Assembly (NCBI GenBank): GCA_973851085.1 | Contig: OZ316776.1 | Location: 11,718,001-11,782,000, forward strand | Reading direction: 5' to 3' | Source of the DNA: Ptychomitrium polyphyllum | Taxonomy: Eukaryota | DNA length: 64,000 nucleotides | Part shown: positions 24,601-34,500 of the stretch, piece by piece | Layout of the letters: each line of letters starts with the position of its first letter | Numbering within the stretch: the stretch's first letter is position 1 | Translations under genes and position numbers: made by a program | Notes under the pieces: model-generated | Database searches by the model: none | Seen by the model: only the letters and a program-made list of their open reading frames with translations | What the model was told of the DNA's origin: nothing

Positions 24601-27301
24601 AAACAATGCAGAGTCCTTCTCTCGCTTCATGTGCTGCTGCGGGCTGCTTTGAGTCTTAGACTGTAGGTATAGGGAAGTGTTTAAATACACTGAACTGGAG
24701 CTGGACTTGTAGACAGATCTGTGACGTGGATATTTTGTTCGTTGTGCAAATATTTGGGTTGGACTTAACGAGAATGTTTCGCAGGTACAAGAGGGAACAG
24801 ATACTGTGGAGAGCTACAAAGATTTGGCCGAGTAACTCCATGAGCTTCGATCAGGTCACTTCCCATTTAACGTTCCACAATGGGTTCTTGGAGGTAAAAA
24901 TAGGTTTGAAGTTTAATGTCCAGAGCTCTTGATAGGTTATTTGATAGGTAACTGAGGCTTCTTGGGGATAACACGGATTAATGGTGCTTCAGGACAAGGT
25001 GTACATGATAGTCCAGAGTCACATCAAGTGCTCAACTGGTGAGTGAACGTCCAACTGTGAAGCATGCTTGTATTACGTCTTCTATGAGCAGTGAAGTTGG
25101 CTGTGCTAGTTGGAGGAGGTGTATGGGGGTTTTTACTCCTGAAAACTTTCTGCTAGCCTATTCTTGCCGCTTTTAGGTCTTTTCTCTCAGGTCTTCTCAC
25201 TCTGGCCGGCCTCTGGGAACGACTCCAAGTGAATGTGCCTGCGCTCACAGACAAATGTTCATCGTCTAACACTGAAATAATAGTGCACAACTGTCGAATA
25301 TATATCTATTTTCTGAAGTCCTGACTCCTGGTCATTTGATTAACTGCACAGGAAGGTCTTAAGCGACGGAATGGAAAGGAGACTTGGAGGATTCACTGCA
25401 GCCTTCTGAGATTGATTTAGATGAAAGTGTTATTTATCCTACGTCAGTGAGTTCTCCTGATGCTCGGATCGATTCTATGATCGTATGCCAGTGCGTTTGT
25501 GAAGCAGATGGAATTGTTACTGCTGGTGGCACTAGGGTGGAATCTGGTCTTGATATTTACAAGGAATTACCAATACATTTTTACAAGATTCTACCAAGCC
25601 TGAGGATCACGTTTTGTCCATTACAACATCACAAACTCCTTCCGAACTTCTATTATGTACACCTGTACTGTCTAGCTTGTTGGATCAGAGTGTGTGCATA
25701 TCCGCAACTTTATCAATAGAAGAGCACATAAGCTAGTGCTAAGCTATGAAAAACAGGGTGAAGGGTGCCGGTCAGCTCAACACCTCGTCCGGTATCATTT
25801 CAGGCATTCTCGAGGTTGTTCTGGATTCAAATTCTAAACCTCCAAGTACGACTGCAGACTCTTTGATAGTTGAATTTCAAGAAAACCAGGCTGTAAATCC
25901 AGTAGCTGAGGCTTCACACAATAAAGGGTCACCTTGCATAGAGGAACTAGTCACTTCAATCCCTTCCAGTTCTCGAGCCAAGAACCCAAGTTTATTCAAT
26001 TCACAGGATGCATGTGAAGAGCACGTTGCAAACACAGAGATCATAGAGGTGCGCAAGTCGTCCAGAACAAGGTCTAGTGTTGAACTTGTATACAGTGCCT
26101 GGCTTGCTTGCTAGACTTCAAATTAAGTTGTTCTGTTGATGAACATAGTTTCGTTTTCCGCTCGGTGTTTGGATATTTGTATGGTATTCAGAAGTTTTGT
26201 CTCATGGTCTGCTCGACTCTTGCTTACGTTTCTGTAGTTGCAGGTTGAGTTTTTGTCGGTTGTAGTGATATATGAGATTTTCAAAGAATGAAACAGGTTT
26301 CTTGACTATATCAGTGTGACGTGTTACTCGTTAGTTATTGTTATTTTTCTTCGCTATGTACAAGGGAAGATAGGTATGGTGGTCACCTTAAAGGCTTGAT
26401 TAGAGAAATTGACCATTCAGAATACTGCACTTATGATTCTTTCTTTGGGAACAGACATTTGAACCACATGGTGAAGTTGAAGAGGTCTGTGCTATTACGA
26501 ACAAGCAAGTTAAGAGGGCAATGGAGGACAGCAACAAAACCATTGAAGTAAGTGTCATGCTGGCATGTGTTTGCTGTTTAGCATCCGTTTGAGGATTCTA
26601 TGTTGGTTGTATAAGTAACTATATTAACTAGAATTTGGCATTGATATTTGTAAAGATATCTCAAAATAGATCCACAGGATGCAGGTGGAGATTACACTGC
26701 GCCCACAAATACCATAGAGGTGTTCAAGTCATCTAGAATAAAGCCACGCATAAGATTGGCCTGGAGCTAAGAGCCGAAGGTTGGCCAACTCACAGGATGC
26801 ATGTGAAGACGACATGTTGTAATCACACATGTTGTAATCACACAGATCATAGAGCCGCCGACGGTACCGAGCTTCGACCCAGCACTCGAGACAGCTCGCG
26901 CTCCAGGCTTGGAAGCTGAGTGCGAGGAACATATTAGTGAGGCCTTAGAGAAGCTAAAGAGGGTACAGGCAGCAGAATATGCTCATGCTGAAGAATCACT
27001 GAATGCGCAGAAGAAAGTCGTCATGGAGCTGTATCGGGAGCTTGAAAATGTATGTGGGCAGCTTGCTGAGAAAGAGAAAGAAAAGCTATTTGCATCTCGA
27101 TTCAAAAAGAATCAGAGAGACAAACCAAGGGCAGAGTTTGACCATGCAATGAATCGTCTCGTGGCTTAGTATGGGAAAGCGAAGGAAGAACAGAAGGTAT
27201 TTGAGTCCATGCTTGCCATTTCAAACGGCTATGGTCAGGTTTCGAAGAAGTTTTTGCAGGAGCTTTTCAAGTGGTCACCATTGGACATGACTGAGGATTA
27301 G
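21684..27301 (+). pseudogene. OBERON-like PHD-finger gene (At1g05410-type: N-terminal GEGxPYAP domain, PHD_Oberon/DUF1423, C-terminal coiled coil). Intact exons 21684-22122, 22294-22397, 22907-23029, 23177-23591, 23850-24442; disrupted 3' exons from 24785 to 27301
   Basis: GEGWPYAPQGWPNPDDKWAWRVGKR..FASRKSL..FDWKVP; PHD CQICCTEPGFCRECKCILCCK..CGHAAHVECAL..LDMEYLCRRCDRKTDL; coiled coil EALEKLKRVQAAEYAHAEESLNAQK. In-frame TAA at 24833 and 25360 under my splice model, a frameshift near 26810, and TAG at 27167 followed by 43 further homologous-looking codons (..MLAISNGYGQVSKKFLQELF..) to TAG at 27299. Confidence 0.75.
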
Positions 27302-27389
27302 GCAAGGCGGACCCAAAGGTGCGTAAATTTCAAAACTCTGCCCTCAATTTAGTGTTGCAGTCTAGAGAGGGTCTCTGGAACAATTTTAA

Positions 27390-27890
27390 GTGGTGTACTA
27401 TCTCTGCATGCATTTTCATTTTCCTAGAATGTACATGAAATGTTATAGTACACTCTTTTGTATGTTCAGATTAAAGTAAATATAGAAGGTGAGTTACATG
27501 GGTCCTAGGGGCTCTGCACTGTGCGCTCCATCCTGTGCTAGTCTGATATTGTTCTGTAAAGCATACAATTGTGACACTTAAAACTGCTACGCAGTTTTGG
27601 GTTTGGATCCGTATGTGTGTTAAACTACCAGTGGCTAACACCATGTCCTTACCTGTTTCAGACAACAAGGTTTCGCAGAAGCTGTAATTAGAGGGTTGGA
27701 GGCAATTAAACAAACACAATGACTTGGCAAACATGGTTACCTGGATGAGTATTGCTTCGATGAAGTGCTGACCGCCGTAGATCACTAAAGACCAGTTAAT
27801 ATTTTTCTCCGGGACTAAGTGTTTCTCAGCTTAACAGGGAACCCGCTTATTAGATACGAACTCTATATGATAGTATTTGTTCAAATTTTT
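27390..27890 (+). repeat. Direct repeat copy 2: orphan duplicate of the GPAT9 last intron and terminal exon (27662-27722) with a diverged 3' UTR
   Basis: By eye about 5 substitutions and 1 indel over ~335 bp versus 19719-20053. The acceptor TTTCAG and the coding exon are identical. The 5' donor (AA|GTATGT) is not retained. Confidence 0.95.
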
Positions 27891-29160
27891 ATATTCGATT
27901 GTGTCCGACTCTCCAGCCCGTGCAACGTTAAGACGAACGCGTACTCCATTGCTACTAGAAGTGATCAAAGTTGCAGATCTCTCACCATACAAGGCCATTG
28001 CTAGGTTTAATCGGACTCTAACACTCGCTGTTTGGTTCTTCCACGAGCCACTCACCCACATTTGGCCTTTATCTGTCGCACATGAAGGCAGGTGGCAACT
28101 CACCTTCTTGTCATGGTCATGGATGTTACTCCTTTAAGACCCCTTCAAAGAGCTACAAACCCGTGCAACCTTCTATAATTTCTTCTTTTTTCTCATTGAC
28201 TTTTTATTTGAATTAGTTAGTGACAAACCTGTGAGCACATAAACGTGGATAAATCTACCACAATTTCACAACTCCAGAGTTCCAGATTCGAATACAGTAG
28301 TCAAACACATAAAAAGTCACAGTGCGGAGAGCCTGGCAGAATAAGATACCTCTAGTTCAACCAAGACTAGGTCAGGTAATCTATTTAACCCAGAAACTCA
28401 AAGCCCTACCCTTGCCTTCACAGCAGTGTAGAAAAGCTTATTCTAACAAAAAAATCGAGGACTACGTAAGCATAATTTTTAGTGAATTTTGATTCACCAC
28501 GACTTCTGAAAATCCAAACACATGTCAAATAGCTGACAACTGCCAACCTGATTTAGTGATCAACACACATAGTAGCACACCATCTTGCATTACAGGATTC
28601 CATGTACTGAGGTCTGGGGGCGACACAGCTGAGTGGGGATGCAAACTTTTCCAATTACAAGATGAGTTCGGGTTACAGTACTGGCAAAGGAATGTGTCGA
28701 CTTATCTACTAAAATTTTGAAAAGATCCACAGTACAAAGAAGGCTAATTTACAACCAGCCTTGAGCATGCCACCACACTTGATGGTGTAGCTCATCCGGT
28801 AGTGTACATTGAAATTCAGAGTCAAAGCTTGAAAACAAGAGAGAGGATGACTAGGAAAAACCTTAGTCCTCGGTTTCTTATGCAGAGCCATTCTCCAGCA
28901 ATTTCTAATGTAAGTTGATGTCCTGCAATTGATTTCCCGCACTTGGTTTATAGGTGAGATGGTCACTCTCCAGACGACGAGGGACCAAATGTACCGTAAG
29001 ACGTTCCATGCTTGTCATACCAATTCAAGGCCCATCTGCAGAAGATGGACAAGGACAAATCATTTCGCCATCGTTACTGCAAAGCTTATGTATTACATGA
29101 TGGCGTCGCCGTTCAGATTGATAACTTCCGTACCACTAACTTCACACCATGAAAAGCTCC

Positions 29161-29552
29161 TAACAACACTTGAAACTGTAACTTCCAGAAATCCTAAGAT
29201 GATTCTGAACAATTCTAAGCTTCCACGCCACTAGGTAGTTCAACATCCATTTGGATAGTGATCAATTACCAATCGTTTAAAATTCAAAGAGATTTCTGTG
29301 GAGTTTTCCTGCATCTATCAAAGCAGATGGAAATCCTAAACCCTAGAAACCTGCTCTTCAACAAATGACTTCAAACTGTACACCGTCAGAAATTCTAAAA
29401 CAATTCTAAACAATTCTGAACTTCCACGCTAACAACTCCATCATCCATTCGGACGATGATGAGTCACCAGTTTCTCAAGTTCAGAGACATTCTTGTGGAA
29501 CACACTTCTGCAGTTTCAAAGCAAACGGAAACCCTAAACCCTAGAGACCTGC
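29161..29552. repeat. Diverged ~197-bp tandem duplication, each unit ending in telomere-like AAA(C/T)CCTAAACCCTAG
   Basis: Shared blocks AAACTGTA, AACAATTCT, CTTCCACGC, CATCCATT, CAAAGCA and CCTAAACCCTAGA.ACCTGC occur in both 29161-29355 and 29358-29552. Confidence 0.8.
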
Positions 29553-29573
29553 GGAGGAGGGGAATTTGCATTG

Positions 29574-30374
29574 TCAGTACTTAGTCTTGATGCTCCCCTG
29601 CGTCTTCTCCATGTCGGCAATCCACAAGGCCGCGCCCACCGCGTTCGTGAGCACAAGGATGATGTCCAGCCCAGGAATGAGACTAAACGCCGACGCCACG
29701 AACCCAAACGACTGGTACTGCGCCTTCTTCGCGTGCACCACCGCGGAAAACTCCTCCGAGCTCAACCCCTTCAGCTCCGTGTAGTAATAATGATGCAGGC
29801 TAACCGCAGCCGGAAACGAATTCAAGAAACAAAACAGCACATTCCCCACCACGGGAACGAAATTCAACGGCAGCGTAATCAGATAATGCATGATCGGATG
29901 CTCATCCTCCGTCAACACCTTACTCAAATACCCCGCGGCGTTTTTCCCTTTCGCAACTCCCTTTGTCGGCGCCTCCACTGGCATTCCAACCAGCTGTGGG
30001 ATCAACCTTCCTTGTAACCACTCGTGATCGTCCTCCGAAGCCCTCTCCACCCGCACCTTCCGAATCGCCAACACATCAATAAACAGCTTCCGCTGCGCAC
30101 TCTCAAGCCGATACTGGAACAATACCACAATGGCAACCGCAGTCTCGAGCAGAATCAACGCAATGGCGCCCGGCGTTCCCGTCCAACGCGGCAGAACCTT
30201 GACGAGGAACCCTCGTTGCGTGTGGAAAGTGAAGCTGAAGAGGACGATGAGAATCCCAGCAATGGCCAAGATAACCTCGACCACAAACCTGGCCACGCGC
30301 TGCCACAGGCGGTGCCCATTGCGGAAGAAGAAGTAGAACCCCTTGATGGGATACATCCACACCGGAATCACCAT
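29574..30374 (-). CDS. Intronless EI24/CysZ-domain multi-pass membrane protein of 266 aa, resembling fungal Rrt8/Lds proteins
   Basis: Open frame 29574-30479. The first in-frame ATG is at 30374, just after a candidate acceptor TTTGCAG|G. Motifs WMYPIKGFYFF, LITLPLNFVPVVGNVLF, LHHYYYTELKG and YQSFGFVASAFSLIPGLDIILVLTNAVGAALWIADME; several hydrophobic helices. The start is uncertain. Confidence 0.75.
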   Translation of the reverse strand: MVIPVWMYPIKGFYFFFRNGHRLWQRVARFVVEVILAIAGILIVLFSFTFHTQRGFLVKVLPRWTGTPGAIALILLETAVAIVVLFQYRLESAQRKLFIDVLAIRKVRVERASEDDHEWLQGRLIPQLVGMPVEAPTKGVAKGKNAAGYLSKVLTEDEHPIMHYLITLPLNFVPVVGNVLFCFLNSFPAAVSLHHYYYTELKGLSSEEFSAVVHAKKAQYQSFGFVASAFSLIPGLDIILVLTNAVGAALWIADMEKTQGSIKTKY

Positions 30375-30907
30375 CCTGCAAACTCCACTGCAAGAACTCC
30401 GATCCTTCGAAAACTCCTTCGCTTTCTCCAAGGAATCTGCTTGAATCGAGAGCCTCTTCCTATTAGGCGCCGTCTCCAACTACGCCCCCAGCTCCAGCGC
30501 CACCGTTCAAACCCTCGTGAGCGCTTGGGGCCGAACTCTAAGCAGTGTATGTGGACAACGAACACGATGCTGTCGCCGGTGCTTGTTTGCGTCCAACCAT
30601 GGCGATCACCTTCGCTGGGTACCGGCAAAGACACAGTCATGGTCGTCATGGTGGCCGAAAATTTGCCTAGAATCTTGCCCAGGTGAACATTTATGCAGAA
30701 GTAGAACGCCACTTGTAGACAGCAGCATGACGAAGTCGAAGCCCTTCGTGGATTGCGTGTACAGTGCGGTGGTCATCGCGGAGGCTCTGCGAGTGGCATC
30801 CTCGATATGGGCTTGCCGTGTGTGCGAGATGATTGAGAGCATGGCGATGGTCGTGGGGGAGAGCATGGCAGAGTGAGTTCCTGGCAAGGAGAGACTCGTC
30901 GTCGTCG

Positions 30908-30968
30908 GCACTAGCACATCTCCAGCACTAGCACATCTCCAGCACTAGCACATCTCCAGCACTAGCAC
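30908..30968. repeat. 17-bp tandem repeat GCACTAGCACATCTCCA, 3.6 copies
   Basis: Perfect units at 30908, 30925 and 30942, with a partial at 30959. Confidence 0.95.
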
Positions 30969-31568
30969 TGGGTTAGTCGTTTATTTCTACCGTATATAAA
31001 GGGAACAGAGTCGGGGTGAGGAGAAAGTGTTAATGTTTGCGTAAGTGAAGATTCTTGAGTAACCGAATGCGGTGTGATATATGCGTCCAGGAAACATGAC
31101 GAGTACAGAGCAAAACAAGATGAAGGATGACATAAGACTTGGGAACAATGCAGAGAGTATGGTGTTACGTGCAGCTCAGGAGGCCGTAATACTGAAGACC
31201 AGACCAAAGTGGTTTGAACCCTTTCGCACTGACTTCTTTTTTTACCCTTTTTCTCTTTGACATTGCGTACAATAGTGTAACTAGTACTAAGTTCTGAACC
31301 AGCACATTCTGGATACAGCTCGTTAAGCTGGGGATGTGTTCCATAACCTTTAACAAACAAAGCCTACTTCTACAAAGAAGCCTCCAAACCTGGCGAGTAT
31401 GCACACCTCTGCTCTCCTCTGGTACAAATAATAATACTGGAACATGGACTTCAGACTTTCCGTCATAGGGCATCATCGATGTCGGGTACCATGCCAAAGC
31501 TCAGGGGATCCAAGGTCCCTGCTTGCTACAGTAGATAGCACCGTGGATAGCTTCAGCAATCGCATCCT

Positions 31569-34500
31569 CTACTGCATTTATTTTTTAAGAAAAGAAGAAA
31601 AGAAAAGAAATACTCTAATTGCAAAACATGAACTGAGGAGTCCGAATTTTTTTAACCTATAACAGTAAACCGACAAATGCTTCGAGAAAATAGACTGAAT
31701 AACAGGAAACCAATAGAAAGCTCACAGCAACCTTCACAATCAAAAGCAACATTAACAGCACAACGGATAAATGCTAAATTGTTGAGGCAAGATTAGAAAT
31801 ACAAAACATGAAGGTCATAATGCGCATTTCAGCAGAATCAAGAGTTTAAGCAAAGGGTTTGTTTCTAGTGTTAAGAGTCAAATGCCGCACCTCAAGTAGT
31901 TCGTCTTCTAAGCACGAACGAGAATTTAGATGTACTGGTGTTCGGTCATGTCTGAGTATCCTGAGCTTTCCTTCCTATATCAATAGCAACATTTAATAAT
32001 CAGGCATGCCAATCACAACCTACGCTCGTTAGGAACCTCAGTTTTTCATGATCAGGAGTACCACAGCTCTTACAGTCCTGTGTACACAACATGTAGAAAG
32101 GTAGAGGATGCTTGCAATCAGCATTATCTTACCAGGCTATACAGAATGCTGACCTCAAGTAATGGATCCTAAACAAACAGTGTTTCAGTTTGTGGAAAGT
32201 GGAAACTGATTACTAGCTAAAAACTGGAAAGAGCATGAATCACCTTTGTTCCATACACAAGGCCACCACCTACTTGGGGATGAAAACACGCCACATTCAC
32301 CTCATCTTCAGCACTAGGGAGAACTCTCACAAGCTCCATATCTGAAACTCTGTACACCTAAGATAACATAATATAAAGGGCAGAAACAGCACATTAGCCC
32401 AAGAAGTTAGCAGGCAGGAACTGAGAACCGTCCATAACACAATCAAACCCAGCAAATTCTCGTGTTATTTAAGAGAAAGACATGCAGCAACTTGACAATT
32501 GAGGTGAATGACAAGGATCCAAACCTCAAGAATAGTATAAACCCGAATCGGAATGGTCGCTGAGCCGTCTACAACAAGGCTTCTCAGGAGTGAATTATGA
32601 CGTCTACCATATGCTAACAATATGTGGCCCGATGTCGGTGAGAACTGCAGGTTCAGAACCAAAGATTAAAATCTGAAATTAAAATGTTCAGAATAATAGG
32701 CTACACAGTGCTAATATGAACAGTATTGCAGGAGATAAGAAACAGATAAGTAGCAGACTTCACAGTTTGTGATAACTAGGAAGATAACGAGGAACTCGAA
32801 GTTTGCATCATTACTTGGACTACATGCACAAAGTTACATTTATGCTCAACAAACCTGAATTGAGGTGAGACAGTGGGCAGCTCTCACAGCTCTTGAAGCA
32901 AGCACTTGTCCAAACCTGAAACACCAATATATAAAGATGATGTGAGCAGGCCAGGAAAACCACAATATATGACACCCTTGCACAGAACACATGGTATCAA
33001 TCAGAACATATAGTACATTAAAGAACATCCGGTACCTAGTTTCAAGAGAAAGAACAATGAGAACTGAGGACCACACTGAGGATAGCACCTAGATACAAAA
33101 AAATTCACAACCAGGTACAGAAACTTACGTGGCCTCTTCAAGGGAATAAACTCGAAGTTCATATATGACTTGCTGCGCAGAAATTGGATGTTGGGTAGGA
33201 GAATGAGCTGATGTTCCAGGACATGGTGAGCCCGTTGTGTTTCCACGCCGATCAGAATCCGCCATAGGCAATACGCAGGCAACACAGGCAGCTAGGAATC
33301 GACCACAAGGTGAAAAGTGTGCACCCATCTCACTGCCCAAGCATACCACAATGTTTCAAAAGGGGTCGCAAAGATAGCAAGTATAAATTGAACAATCACA
33401 TCAGTTCACAGAAAGTGAGCTGCAGGAGGTTTAAGCTTAGGTATTGCAAAGAACGAATTTGACAGTGGAGGCATTTAATCACACCATGAGCAACAATGCA
33501 TTGCCTACGAAAGGCCTAAAACAGGCAATTGCGACTAATTGGCATCGTTTATTCACAATTATGTTCACAATATTCATATCAAGGAAGAAGGCTTTAAGAC
33601 ATTTTCTGGAAAAAGTAACCTTTTAAAGATATCTCAGGAAGTGCCCCTTACTAGCACGTAAATTGAAGTACCTCAAACCAAGGATCTGTTCCAGTGGTTA
33701 CCTGCACAAGACTGCATGGGGAATGACAAGTCGACATGTCTCAGGATCCAATGATGCACAAGGACGCTTGATATCGTGAGGCCATATCCTCAACTTTACA
33801 GTGCAAGGAAGTTCAGCAGCAGCAGCAGCCGCTGCCATTGCTGCTTGGGCAGCTGCTGCCTCAGCAGCACCAATAGTAGCACCTCCTCTCCCAGGGATTG
33901 CCATGCCTTGATTTGAACCAGTTCGCACACTGACTCCCGAACCTGTAGGAAAACCCATTGCAGCAGATGTAGACCATCAGTTGCCATTTATTAGAACTAC
34001 TTGATAGAAGATGAAGTCATAACGTTGGTTACTCCCCGCAGTAATCAAGATTCTAGCACTGGAAAACCAGTAAGAGTAGAGTAATTACCAGCTCCAATTC
34101 CAGCCCCGATTCCAGCCCCAAAGCCAGCGCTTGCCGCTCCTACCATACCTGCACCAGCTCGAGCAGCGGCCCTTGCAGCAGCCATCGCTGCTGCCATCGC
34201 AACATTGGCTACCGATACGGCTGCATGCTGCTGCAGCTGCTCTTGTGCACTTTGTTGAGGCCCCGAAACAGGAACACTTGATGCAGCCCCGGCTGGAACT
34301 GACCCAGTTTGCAAGGGTTGTTGACCTTGAGCCCATCCATGCAGAAACGGTAGCTCCCAACCAGTGTACTCTCCCACTGGAAGAAAGTTCTGGAATGGCG
34401 GCATACCAGTAGATGCTCCTCCTAGGATTTGGGCATTCAAGTTTGGAAATGCACTTATTGGCCAGACGCTTGGTCCTGGCATTCCACTCTCACCATCCAG

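Noticed and set aside
24833..27169. U-to-C RNA editing or readthrough rescuing the stop codons
   Set aside because: Such editing is organellar in plants, and an apparent frameshift accompanies the stops; decay is the simpler explanation.
29566..30876. Long plus-strand ORFs (148, 220 and 119 aa)
   Set aside because: Antisense shadows of a GC-rich CDS and its leader.
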